NCBI RefSeq assembly: GCF_006345805.1 | Contig: NC_043003.1 | Location: forward strand, 51,522,001 to 51,586,000 | Length of the DNA: 64,000 bases | Source of the DNA: Octopus sinensis | Taxonomy: Eukaryota | Direction of reading: 5' to 3' | Shown: one piece after another, positions 1 to 13,913 of the stretch | How the letters are laid out: every line of letters starts with the position of its first letter | How positions within the stretch are numbered: position 1 is the first letter of the stretch | Made by a program: the position numbers and the translations under genes | The notes under the pieces: model-generated | Seen by the model: only the letters and a program-made list of their open reading frames with translations | What the model was told of the DNA's origin: nothing | The model's database searches: none

Positions 1-1439
1 AATACTATAAGAAAATGTCTTCCACTATAAATGCTTGTGATGGGAAATGCAATAGTAGTGGTGGTGATGTGGAATTGTGATGTGCTCATAGGGATGGGAG
101 ATCATGGTGTTCTGCAGTGGTGATGCATGATAACAGTGAGGGTGACGGTGGTATATAGTGGTGGGGATGAGGATATTTTTTTTTTGTAATTTTTGAATGT
201 GTTGGTTATGGTGTTTGGTAATGATGCTGGTATAAAGTCTGCATCAAGCTGGCAGGTTTATGAGACAGGAGCTTATTTGGATTTCCAAGGGATTTTGGGC
301 AGCTGGATGGTACAAACCTCCCCACTGAATGGTAATTTAGCCTGTAGAAATGCTAACCCCAATTGCTGCTGATATTAATTTTCAGCTGAGCTAACTGGAA
401 TAATTTGAAATGATGTACCTTACTTAATGATACAGTGTAGTACCCAGTCTGAGATAGATATCAGAAGGGCACCTGGCTATAGAAAACTCTGTTTTAGTAT
501 ATTCTTGTCTGATCCATGCAAGAGCGAAAAAGATGTTAAAATGATGATGATGATCTCTAACACTTCTGGACATGCATATAAGATTAAAAGAAAAAAAAAA
601 GAATAGCATAGCACTCATGTCTTTTTGAAATATATTTTTCATGCTCTCAAGTAGCTACAGCATGGAATAAACTACCCATGTGAAACATTAACTGGCAGGA
701 CACTGTATCCTTGAAAAAAATTCTATGCTTCCTGAAAGTCATCAACATTACTCATGATATGCCTTAGCACCCTTTCCTCTTTATGGTTCTTTCCCTGTTC
801 ACTTTTCTGACTTCTTGTGTTTTATCTAGTGTAGTATGTACTTTTGGCTAGAATTGCTGTCTTTCTTTACTTGACTTATTGCAGCTTTCTGTCTCCTCTT
901 TTATCCTTTCCCAATAAGTTGTAATGCACCTCAGCACTCTAAACAATAAACCCATCATTATAATATTTTACATTTTATGTTTATGTCTTACTTGTGTGGT
1001 TTTCTTGGGTGATGATTTTCATAAAATACCTAATAAGGACATTTGCTTCCTATAGGAAGTGGGAGTACATAATGTTGTTACTGTCACAAGAGATAAAATA
1101 TGACTTGATAATGTGGCCGGTTAATAAGGATCATTTCACAACAGCTTTGGGAGTTTATTTGGGTTAAAAACAATGGTAATGTTTGTGTCTCTCTATAGAA
1201 TTCTCATCATTTCCGTGTTTAGTTATTTGATGCTAATGCTGAGTTTTTTTTTCTTTTGTGTGTATTACTGGTATATTATGTTTCAGCTCCGAATTTAGAA
1301 CTGTAGTTTTTAAGCTGCTTTCAGGAATACTTTCAGATGTATAGTCAAGAATTGTTGAATATATGTCTGCATGTAATGCAGTGTTGTATGTCAACAATCG
1401 GGATAATGCTGAATTCTGTGAATCTTGATTCTGTTTACT

Positions 1440-2900
1440 GATAGAAATAGTTTGTAAAAAGTGTTTTTACTTTGTTCGCTGATATGTGTGTGTGTGCATT
1501 ATCATAATAGATATTGCCCCTTGTGTTTTGTGTATTATTTTTGCATCAGAATGTGTTATGTTCATCCAATGATGGTGTTTGGTAGTGTTAAGTTAAGCTG
1601 TTGTAGCTGGTGTGTAATTGTGTTTTTGTTATATTGTTTATTGATGCATGTTGTGACAATGATGGGTAAGTTTTTGAGAGTTGGAGTTTGTTTGTTCTGT
1701 GGTTGTAGTGGCTAGATGCATTGAGTAGGTGATATGTCAGTAGAGTTGTTATAGGTGGTTTTGTGAGGTATATGGTTGTATTGATGTAGGTTGTTTAGGA
1801 TATAAAGGGAGTTAAGCTGTGATGATATCATATTACCTCTGAATGTGAAAAGATGTTTCCAAAAGTCATGGGAGCTGTGCTGTTTTCTGACTGTGAGCAT
1901 GGCCACGGGTGTTAGGCACATGGAGCTCAAAAGGTGCTCAAGGTGGTTGTTAGCATGATGATTAATAATTTTGTGGGTGTTTAGCAAGTCATCTGCCAGA
2001 CATCAGAGTTTCAGTGCATTTATGCCCAGGGAAGCAAAGTGTTCAGAGTATGGTAGATGTCCGATGGAGGGTATTTGCTTGGTTGCCTATCTCTGAACAG
2101 TTTCCAGGAGGTCAATGTCCTGAACAAGACAGAGATTCCAAACTAGTAATGAAAATTCCAAGTGTGGCCGCACCATAGCCATATACAGCCTTAAATAGAT
2201 AGCTGGAGAGCAATTGACAAAGGTCTGGCTGAGTGATGCCAAGACACACTCAGCCTTCTTGACAATTTTAGAGATGTGCTTTTGTCCAGCACAAATCACT
2301 GCTAATAGTAATGCCCAAGTCACATTCACAAGAAGACTTCTTGATGTTAGTGTTGTGGAGAGAGAATGTGGATGCTCATGATGTACATTTTTACTGAAAA
2401 TGGTTGCATTTATTGTTGTGCAACACTAATGTATCAATATCATTTGTGGTATCTATCTACTGGATGCATGATCTTATATATATTTCTTTACTGCCCACAA
2501 GGGGCTAAACATAGAGGGGACAAGCAAGGACAAATGAAGGGACTGAGTCGATTATATCAACCCCAGTGCAAAACTGGTACTTTATTTATCGACCCCGAAA
2601 GGATGAAAGGCAAAGTCAACCTCGGCAGAATTTGAACTCAGAACGTAACGACAGACGAAATACCGCTAAGCATTTCGCCCGGCGTGCTAACGTGCCTGCC
2701 AGCTCGCCGCCTTTATGATCTTATATATGTAATGAGGCATCCTCTATGAGTTCATTTGTGTAAATGTATTAGTATCCCAAATTTACAGGGTCTTGTGTTG
2801 AACTTGCAATTTTGTCTCTCATTAGCAGCATGAAGTTGAAGTATTTTAGTTCAACAGAAGTGTTTTATAGGCCTGTAATGTTGTACTGCAGTAGGGTTTT
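1440..2900 (-). mobile_element. Decayed CR1/L2-like LINE 3' fragment (boundaries approximate)
   Basis: ORF 2087-2329 contains LYMAMVRPHLEFSLLVWN...DIDLLETVQR, the typical CR1/L2 RT C-terminal motif. Interrupted by a SINE at 2482-2714. Confidence 0.7.
2482..2714 (-). mobile_element. tRNA-derived SINE with 14-bp target-site duplication
   Basis: TSD atgatcttatatat at 2468-2481 and 2715-2728. B-box-like gagttcaaattc and core gcctttcatcctttcggggtcgataaa. Relatives at about 8715-8943(+), 23885-24083(-), 24203-24410(+) and 48245-48450(-). Confidence 0.85.
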
Positions 2901-3628
2901 TTTTTTTTTTTTGTCATCATTATTTAGTCCCAAGTCAACCTCCATCAAGCAGGCCTACAGTTTTATAAGAATTCTAACCATGGCTATCTCAATATTTGGT
3001 GGAAGGAATAGTGTGCTTTGGACAATACTAACCAATGTGTTCTTTTTAAGAAATATTAGCCAATAGTGTTGCTGCTTAGGCACTGAATAACCCTGATGAA
3101 GCAGATCTATGACCAAAGGCATTCCAGCCATGGTTATCCATTTTATCTTTCTAGGCACAGTGTATCCCAGACAACATTGCTGAATAGATTCTGCTTTTTG
3201 TTAAGATCGAGTACTGAGAAGGATTTGGCAGCTGTTTCTAGCAGGTCACTAGGGCATGGTCAACAATGTTAGGTAGGTGAACAGAGTAGGAAAAAGAGAT
3301 AACTGTTTTTGTTAAACCTCTAGGTCAGCTCTGAGTGAGCAGTTTTATAACCAAAGAATATTTCACCTATCAAGGACTACATTATATAGTCCCGCCTTTT
3401 TTTTTTTTCAGAAGCTCAGGGTACAAGCATTTTGCATACATCAGTATGCGAAATCCAATGGTGGTGAGGATCACATATGTAAATTTCAATCTAATCTCAT
3501 TGGAATTATCTCCCTTGTTTATAACATTTTAAGAATTACGTGATAGAATTTACGTGATAGAGATAAACTGTTTATCTAGTAACAATTCTTAGAGCTAAAG
3601 CTAACACTTTATATGCAATATACTACGG

Positions 3629-3794
3629 CACTGGTTCCCAACCTGGGGTCTGTAGACCACCAGGGGTCCATGAACTAAATTCAAAATTTATATAATATTA
3701 TACTATATTAAATTAGAGATAAAACCATAAGGATAAGCATATTAAAAGGGGCCCTTGAGAAAACTCATTTAAACCAAAGGGTTGGAAACCACTG
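3629..3794. mobile_element. hAT/Charlie (MER5-like) MITE
   Basis: Terminal inverted repeats cactggttcccaacc...ggttggaaaccactg; TSD not clear. Confidence 0.6.
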
Positions 3795-6700
3795 TGCTAG
3801 AGTCTGGCATATGTATTATAGTGAGTTGAAAAACTTTGAACATGCAATTAGTTGACAAAGGTTCTCACCAGAAATGTCTCAAATTTGAAAATAAGCAGAC
3901 GAGATAAATAACTTCAATAAGCTCAGTTGATAGAAATCTACATATGTGGCACCTTATGGTATTTGTATCTAGCATGCAGAATGCTTCCCTTAAGAATATT
4001 TCCTCATTGTTAATACGAAATTCTCTAGTCTAGTGTCTGCACCCCTCTCCATTGTGTATTTCACCTAGTAATTGGTAAAGAAAGATGTTGTTTAGACTAA
4101 TGTTAGCCCTGACTGAGCAAACTCATAACCAAAGGCATTGTAGCTTTGCTCTTCCCATCTTTTTTTGCAACTTGTAGGACAAGCTTGTCCAGCATCCTTC
4201 CTGCTTTAAGATAGCAGGATCTGAAATTTCACCAATTTAAAATGATATAAGAAAACAATAAAATCCACCCCGTAAGAACTGCATACTCTCCTTGAAAATG
4301 CAATCCAAAACTAGAAAAATATATTTGGAACAGTGTATCAGTAGTAAAGGGAACTATTTTGAAGGAAATGAGTCTGGTTATGCTGGAGGAAAAGCAATAA
4401 ATTTGATGTTTAAAACGTTTCTCTTTGGGCAAACATTGTACACACATACATTCACACCAAACAAACAGAACACTCATCCACATTAAGTCGACATTTATAC
4501 ACAGACCAAACATTATGTACTATACATGTACATGAAATTGGATGGTAAATTTAATCTGAAGTTCAGCTAAACACCATTATTATCTGTTCTTTTGTGCTTT
4601 TAGCAGAATCCTCAAACACTCAAAGCAAGCTTCCCATTGGGGGTAACTTATGAGTTATGGTTTATTCCTGTTTTCCCAACACCAGTGTCAGAGATCCTGC
4701 AATAAGGTTATGAGCAGCACTTGTGCTCCTCTAACCAAGCAATAAGAAACAAGACATCTGCATATACCAAATACTATATACATACACATCAACACAATAC
4801 AAAAAAGAGAACAGTATGAGGTACATCATATATTACACTATGCACATAAAAAAGTGAGTTAAAGTTTGTTACAAAATTACAGCAAAATATCATTATGTTT
4901 ATATGTAATCAACGTATCACACAGGCCATATTGAAGGCAACTCAGAACATAGGTTGGTATACTGTATTGAGTTGTGTGGACATGTTGCTTCTGTTTACTG
5001 TCCAGTCAATAGATGATCAAAAAGTGGATGAATAAGGATTCCAATATCTGTCTTAATTTTTTAAGTGGTTAGCAACCTGGTCCCCAGCTCAGATCCTGTA
5101 GAATAATCAACATTGTATCTATTTTGTTCATTTTATGTATTATTGTTTTACACGTAGGGTCAACACTGGTCATGTAGACTTGTGATCAAAGAGATTTCAG
5201 CTGTGAATAAGGATAACTACTTTTAATTTTTTATAACTTTTCCTGCTTGTAAAATCCCTGTTCATTGATTAAAGTAGATTTGATAAAATCGGACTTCACT
5301 AATAAGGCCTAAGACTGAAAGAGCTGTTATCTTATCTAGTGGCAAAGATCAGGTTTTGAGGAAGCTAAATTTTGAGGAATTAATTCTTAATTTCTTGAAA
5401 TATCTTCTTTTCATTGAGTTACTAACAATTACCACAAGGATTTTGTTTTCTTTCTCCAATGAAAATTTCAATCCATTAAGAATTTTATGAATACATCATT
5501 TAGTACATCATTGTCTGACTGAATTATCCAAATCTCAGACTCCAGCCAACATACATTTATACACTCATCTGTATCATCATTTAATGTCTGTTCTCCATGC
5601 TAGCATGGGTTGGGCAGTTCGACCGGGGATCTGGGAAGCCAGAAGGCTGCACCAGACTGATCTGGCAGTGTTTCTACAGCTGGATGCCCTTCCTAACGCC
5701 AACCACTCCGCGAGTGTAGTAGGTGCTTTTTACGTGCCACCTGCACAGGTGCGAGGCGAGGCTGGCAACGGCCACGATTGGATTGGTGCATTTTATGTCC
5801 CACTGGCACAGAAGCCAGTCAAGGCGGCACTGATATATGTATAAATATCCTTGTATTGATATTATGTGACAGTTGTAAATGGCTGTTACTATCATACAAG
5901 CAATGTCGTTCATTTGCAATTTTCTGTGGAAACAAGCCTTGCCATGGGAAAATATCACCTTGTTTGGAAACAGGAGAGAATTGTCAACAGCAAAGGCATC
6001 TAGCCATAGTTAATTTGCCTCAGTAAACTCCATCCAACTCATACTAGCATGGAAGAATAATCTTTAAAACAATGATATAACACCACTATTTAACTTTCAC
6101 ATTGCCCTTCTTGTTGCCAATCCTAACCTGTTTCCAAGTAAGGTAATATTTCTTCATTACAAGGCAAGCTTTCGCAGACTATTGCAAATGAATGACACTG
6201 CCACTCATTTACAACAATTACATGATGTCAAAACTGGAAGATACACACACACATATACACAGCAGGCTTCTTTCAGTTTCCATCAAACAAATCCACTCAT
6301 AAGGCTTTGGCCAACCTAGGGTTACAGAAAAAGATTCCTGCCCAAGGCACCACTTTTATGGAAATGATACAATTTTCTTCTCTCTCCACTGTATACTGTA
6401 TTTTTGAACACAGGATGTCCATAAGAGATGTTATCTGTGGAGTTATATCACAATAAATTGCCTTTCAACAGTGTAGTTAGACTATATGTATTATATAGTG
6501 TAACTACATCTACATATAATCTATAATAAATAGATGGCTATATAACTAATACTTCTATTGCTTATAATAGATTTTTATTTAACTAAGTGGCTATTTTTAA
6601 TACCAGTGAATTATTTATATACTGTTTCCTATAATATAGTGGAGGCAAAAAATTTTGTCTAGTCATGTGGTTAGCTGTAAATACATGCTGCTGATAAAGC

Positions 6701-8156
6701 ATAAGTCTAACTAGGTTAAAATGAATCTAATATTTTTGTTAGATGCTGCTGGGATGATTTTTGTCTCCTTCCAATATATATTGTGCCTCTAAACACAGCA
6801 CTTCGAGGAGTGATGTTACCTCTGGATGAATACCACAGTAATTTGACTTTCAATGATGTATTTACATCAAGTTTGATAAACAGATGGCTACATACATATA
6901 CTTTCACACACTTACACATATATGTATGTATCTATATATGAGGGCTTGTTGGAACAAACTGAAATAGAACTCAATACATAAAAGTATATATATTTTTGAT
7001 TTGGCTTAGTTGTAAACCAAGGACCAAGAGTTTTGTGCATTGCACAAAACTCTCAAGCCTTAAATTACACTAGGTTTGTGTTTTTCTAGTTCATGGGCAG
7101 GCTGCACTTATAGGCATAAAAGAATAAATTCTCTTCGGTGTGCCTGTTTTAACACCTGGAAGTCATAGTCTTACGCCTATAAGTGCAGCCTACCTATGAA
7201 CTAGCAAAGCACATACCTTGTTTGCCCGATATTGCTTATATTCCTTGAGCTGCTTTTAACCCATATTTGAAAATATATATAGCAGAATAAGAAATAGAAA
7301 GTCCTCAGTATAGTATTATATATTTAAAAAAAAAAAAATGAATAGAAATGGTTTTTCTGATAATTTTTCCACTTAAATAACTAAATATTTAAATAATTAG
7401 ATGTTTATAAGTTTACAAATAAACTTATAAACAATCTATAATAAACATCTAATAATATCTAATTATTAAAGTGAAAAACTTATGAGAAAAGCCATTTCTA
7501 GTCATTTTTTTTTTCAAATAAATATATATATAACACATATCTATATACAAATACACAAATGTGACCTGCATTACAGAAGCATTATATTCATGGAAACTTG
7601 TAATATGAAGTTCTGTAACTAGAAACCTATTTTATCACTAACTTCAAGGTTATCAAGAAACAGACATCAATAGAAAAATATGCATGATAAAATAAAATTC
7701 CACCCTCTTACATTTAGCCTATAACAATAAAAACTGGACGTATTCAGTAGCAATACTTTCAATTTGTATAGAAGTGGGATAAACATAAATTGGGAAATTT
7801 TTTATCATGTCTTCTGATTTCATATTGAAGAATATTAATCAAGATAATGTCAGCGATGTCTTTATGTTGTGCAACTATCATAAGAGAATTAGTGAATTGC
7901 TGAAAATAATATGGGTTTCTTATCTGAATAGAAAAAAATTTTCGTTTTTGATTTATCATTAAATTGCCATCTACACCTTTGAAAATGAAACTCTGCAAAA
8001 TTTCATTTAAAAACATGCATTATTAAGAAAGTTATAAGCAGACAAAATTGGATGCAGGTCACCAAAATGTAGATATGCTGTTCTCTTTCTCTTTATCACA
8101 CACACTCACATATAGAAGATAAAAAAAAGGAAGAAACAGATAGAGATGAGAGAGAT

Positions 8157-8190
<34 letters not shown>

Positions 8191-11100
8191 ATGAATGAGA
8201 AGGAAACAAGGAGAGTGAGGTGGAAAGAGAGAAAAGGAAAATAGAAGAGACAGAGAAAGTTACAGTCAGAAGCAACAATGAGGCATTAGATAGTTGCTCA
8301 GCTTTCTAGAAACTGAAGTCAAATCTCCCTCAAATCATATATTAAACCATCTGAAAGGACACATTGGATAATAACATTCTAGATATACAATAAAAAAATA
8401 ATGATGATGGTCATTATTGGAATGCCTGCCTGTTTGAAAAGTGCAGATGAGAGGTTAAATAACAAACCAAAACATAATTTCTATGAGAGGCATAACATCA
8501 TAGATTATAAGTGAACCCAACTCTTGACGAATACTTATTTTAACCACTGGAGGTGCAAGCATGGACAGGAGCAGGTGTAGCTGTGTGATTAAAAAGCTTG
8601 CTTCCTAACCACATGGCTTTGGGTTCAGTCCCACAGCATAGTACCTTCAGTGAGTATCTACTATAATTAAGGGACGACTAAAGCCTAGTAAGTTGATTTC
8701 ATGGACACAAACTGACAGAAATGTTAGCACGCTGGGTGAAATGCTTAGCGGTATTTCATCTGCCGCTACATTCTGAGTTTAAATCCTGCCGAGGTCAACT
8801 TTGCCTTTCATCCTTTCGGGGTCAATTAAATAAGTGTAAGTATCAGTTACACACTGAGGTCGATATAATCGACTTAATCCGATTGTCTTTTCTTGTTTGT
8901 CCTGTATGTGTGTAGCCCCTTGTGAGCAGTAAAGAAATAAGAAACTGAAAGAAGCCCATCATAAAATATATTCTTTCATTCTTTTTTACTTTTATTCATT
9001 TCAGTCATTTGACTGTGGCTATGCTGGAACACTGCCTTAAGAGGTTTTTAGTTGAAGAACTCGACCCCAGGACTTATTCTTTGTAAGCCAGGTATTCTAT
9101 CGGTCTCTTTTGCCAAACCACTAAGTTATGGGGTCATAAACACACCAGCATCAGTTGTCAACTGATGGTGGGGGGATAAACACAGACAACATATATACAA
9201 CAGGCTTCTTTCAGTTTCCATTTGCCAAATCCACTCACAAGGCTTTGCTTGGCCCAAGGTGCCATGCAGTGGGACTGAACCCAGAACCATGTGATTGGGA
9301 AGCAAGTTTCTTACCACACAGCCACAACTGTGCTTATATTTAAGATATTTTATCAAACTCTAATGTATTGATTTACCAGCTGCCATCTTCCTACATAAAC
9401 TGACTGCATTCAGGAATTCAACCTGTCTTTTCCCTATGTCCTACACAGCATAAGTATCAAAATGAATAAAATTAAATATTTAAAAAAACAAAAACAAAAA
9501 AAAAAAAAGAAATCCTTAAATTAATATTCAATTAGTTGGTGTCAAAATCTAACTATAAATATGTTGCTCACATATTTTACTGGCGGTGCACCAGCATGGC
9601 CACAGCCTTCAGACTGAAACACATTACAATTATTTTTGCTAGCAAGACGTTAACAACTCCAGACATGTTTTGGCATTATAATCATAATTGCTGAAGCTGT
9701 AATAGAGGAACCAGCAACTAGTTGTACACAGGTTAGAAAAATGTTTGAGAGCAAATAACTTAGAGCAATAGTTAGTGATGTAGTCTAAGACTTAGGTCAG
9801 TCATTAGCCCTAAGCCAGATCAGAACCCCATTTTCATAGCATGTGACTGAGATTACAATGTCCCTCCCTGAATGGGATGCTGGTCTGACTCGGGATCAAC
9901 TTTGCAGCTACTGTTGGAACTTAGTTTACAGCTGAGTGGACTGGAGCAACATGAAATGGAGTGTCTTGCTCAAGAATACAACACAACACCCAGTCTAAGA
10001 ATTAAAACAACAATCTTATGGTCATAAGTACAACACTTTAACTACTATGCTATGCGCATCACTAAAGTTAATAAGAGGGGAAAAAAAGTGCATTTTAAAT
10101 TATGACTATAATATTTAGACTATTAACCTTATATTTAAGTCAAGAGTTTTAAAAATTACATTCTTATTAAGAACAACTCATCTCAGACATTTAGACATTA
10201 ATATAGTTTAAAGTATTATACAACATATCTATTATAAGAAATATAATGCTAAAATAGCTTGGCTACAAGAAAATTTAGACAATTTATTACAACCCTCTTA
10301 TAATCAATGCAAAAAAAAATGTAACTAAGCAGTCACCCTACTGTTAGAAACAGCAACCAAGTATCACCTCCAAATTAAACCCTATTTCCTTAAACCATAA
10401 GGACACATTGGATAGTGTAGTACTAGATACACTAGAAAAAATATTAAAAAAAATTACAGGTCATGGCCAGCCTGGGGCCAAGCAACATGGAACATTTAAC
10501 AAAATGAACTTCAATGCAGTTGCTCAAACTTACAAACATCAGCTAAATCTTCCACCAATCACACTATACCATTTTAAAAAGAAGTAGGACATATTAAATA
10601 ATATAGCATCAAATACACTTTGGCTGAATAACAGGCAGGTTATTTACAGTTGGAAAGCATTTGATAAATTTGCTCAACAAATGTGAACTAGCCCAAGACT
10701 AAACAACAGCAAAAACAAAAACCTTCTTTGTACCTTGTACTGCGTGATCAATTTTTGTTAGTGCATGACAAACCAGCCAACTGAAACAGGACTACTGTAC
10801 TTATAAAAATTAATAAATTCATACTGGTACAATTCTGACCTGAAAAATATAACAGTTCTATAAGATATTCCCAAAATCACAATTTAAGTAGAAATCTCAC
10901 ATTACTAATTAAACTATGATAATCAATATGAATGAAATATATCATCCAAAAGTACACCATTTGCTGTTTAAGCTCCTACGTCAGCCCTGGTACTGTTAAT
11001 CTATGATTAGGTGTTTTAGTTGTGACTATTCCATCTTTTTCCTTTTCTTTAAATATTGTGTACAGGCGGGGATGTGTGGTTAAGAAGCTTGCCTTCTAAC

Positions 11101-11721
11101 CACAGGGTTTCAGGTTCAGTCCCACTGAATGGCACCTTGAGCATACATCTACTATAGCTCTGGGTTGACCAAAGCCTTGTGAGTGGACTTGGTAGTAGAA
11201 ACTAAAAGAAGCTTATTACATATATATATATATATATATTAATGTATGAATGAGTATATATATGTTTGTGTCTCCTTAATGAATGTTATTCATTTCCAAA
11301 AGTATGATTTTTTTTCTGCCAAAAAAATGTCTGGCTATGGGATAATATTACTTTGCTTGGAAACAGATGAGGGTAGTGACAAGACATGCATCCAACCATA
11401 GAAAATCTACCTCAGTAAACTCTGGCCAACCCCATGCAAGCTTGGAAAAGTGGGCATTAAAATAATGATAAAAATAATTCTTGCAAAATTACATTATTAA
11501 ATACGAGATGGTAAGGAGTGTTTTGAGACAGATTTGATTGATATTTCTAAAAACCCAAGTGCCAATACCTTGTTGCTGGTGGTATTGCTTAACCCCAGGG
11601 TCAGTTCTATTTGAATAGACTCAGAAATGTTCCAGCCAAGACAAAAATTGCCAACAGAAAAATGCATGCTGTCTTCAGTTCAAAGCTTTTGTTTGCATCA
11701 TGTGTCAGTGTCACATATAAA

Positions 11722-12871
11722 GCACCCATGCTGGTGTCACATAAAACACACATGTGCCAGTGTCAAGTATACAGCACCCATGCTGGTGTCACATAAAACA
11801 CACATGTGCCAGTGTCAAGTATACAGCACCCATGCTGGTGTCACATAAAACACACATGTGCCAGTGTCAAGTATACAGCACCCATGCTGGTGTCACATAA
11901 AACACACATGTGCCAGTGTCAAGTATACAGCACACCCATGCTGGTGTCACATAAAACACACATGTGCCAGTGTCAAGTATACAGCACCCATGCTGGTGTC
12001 ACATAAAACAACACATGTGCCAGTGTCAAGTATACAGCACCCATGCTGGTGTCACATAAAACACACATGTGCCAGTGTCAAGTATACAGCACCCATGCTG
12101 GTGTCACATAAAACACACATGTGCCAGTGTCAAGTATACAGCACCCATGCTGGTGTCACATAAAACACACATGTGCCAGTGTCAAGTATACAGCACCCAT
12201 GCTGGTGTCACATAAAACACACATGTGCCAGTGTCAAGTATACAGCACCCATGCTGGTGTCACATAAAACACACATGTGCCAGTGTCAAGTATACAGCAC
12301 CATGCTGGTGTCACATAAAACACACATGTGCCAGTGTCAAGTATACAGCACCCATGCTGGTGTCACATAAAACACACATGGCCAGTGTCAAGTATACAGC
12401 ACCCATGCTGGTGTCACATAAAACACACATGTGCCAGTGTCAAGTATACAGCACCCATGCTGGTGTCACATAAAACACACATGTGCAGTGTCAAGTATAC
12501 AGCACCCATGCTGGTGTCACATAAAACACACATATGCCAGTGTCAAGTATACAGCCCCATGCTGGTGTCACATTAAAACACACATGCCAGTGTCAAGTAT
12601 ACAGCACCCATGCTGGTGTCACATAAAACACACATGTGCCAGTGTCAAGTATACAGCACCATGCTGGTGTCAACATAAAACAACACATGTGCCAGTGTCA
12701 AGTATACAGACCCATGCTGGTGTCACATAAAACACACATGTGCCAGTGTCAAGTATACAGCACCCATGCTGGTGTCACATAAAACACACATATGCCAGTG
12801 TCAAGTATACAGCACCCATGCTGGTGTCACATAAAACACACATGTGCCAGTGTCAAGTATACAGCACCCAT
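11722..12871 (+). repeat. 52-bp minisatellite, about 22 copies
   Basis: Unit gcacccatgctggtgtcacataaaacacacatgtgccagtgtcaagtataca, head-to-tail without spacers. Runs directly into an RTE-tail element (12872-13055). Confidence 0.95.
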
Positions 12872-13702
12872 TCCAATGCCACGTGAAAAGCAACCACTAC
12901 ACTCTGTAAAGTGGTTGGCATTAGGAAGGGTATCCAGCCATAGAAACCATGCCAAAACAGCCAACAGGAGACTGGGCAGCTCTCTGGCTGGCCAACTCCT
13001 GTCAAACTGTCCAACCCATGCCACCATGGAAAACAGATGTTAAATGATGACGATGAAGTGCTAAACGATTATGATATGCTAAATCTTCACACAATTGCAA
13101 TTGATTAATGGTTAGGATCTGTGAAAGCATTAACATACATAGGTAAACTATGGGATGAAAAGAAAGAAAGTGCATTTAAATTATAAGAGCCGTTGTTTTT
13201 TTTTTTTCAGACACTGGAGTTCAGCCATGGTGGGACATTGTGTTGAAGAGTTTAGTCGAACAAATTGACTGATACTTATTCTATCAATTTCTTTTGCTGA
13301 ATCACTAATTTATTGGGCCATAAACAAAACAACATCAGTTGTAAGGCAATGGAGGGAAACAAATGCAAAAACACACACCATATATATATTCTTTTACTTG
13401 TTTCAGTCATTTGACTGTGATCATGCTGGAGCAGCATCTGAAGGGGTTTTAGTCAAACAAATCAACCCCAGGACTTATTCTTTGCAAGCCTAGTACTTAT
13501 TCTATTGGTCTCTTTTGCTGAACCATTAAGTTATAGGGACAGAAACACACCAATATCGTTTGTCAAGCAATGGTGGTGGGGGTCAAACAGACACAAACAC
13601 ACACATATGTGTGTGTTTGTGTTTGCCCCCACCACCATCGCTTGACAACTGATGTTGGTGTATTTCTGTCCCTATAACTTTTGCTATACCCATGGGCTGA
13701 CC

Positions 13703-13871
13703 AGGATATAAGCCTTCTTTATTTAGTATCTCTTTTTTTTTTTTTAAATTTGTTGTTTTTGTAGTTGTTAGGATTTGTGGTTGAAAACAAAGGTGCGAAG
13801 AAATCAATCAACCATTTCAAAGTTGGAATCAACGGAAGAGGTCCAGTAAGGGCCTGTGTTTTCTGGCTCGA
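13703..13871 (-). pseudogene. Local duplicate of the membralin stop-codon region (last about 22 codons, TGA and about 100 nt of 3' UTR)
   Basis: Direct copy of 15093-15263 with two substitutions and a poly-T tract difference. Confidence 0.9.
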
Positions 13872-13876
13872 TGATG

Positions 13877-13913
<37 letters not shown>

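Noticed and set aside
11722-12871. Possible CRISPR array or repetitive protein ORFs
   Set aside because: Units are contiguous with no unique spacers, there are no cas genes, and the context is eukaryotic. The ORFs are by-products of the 52-bp periodicity.
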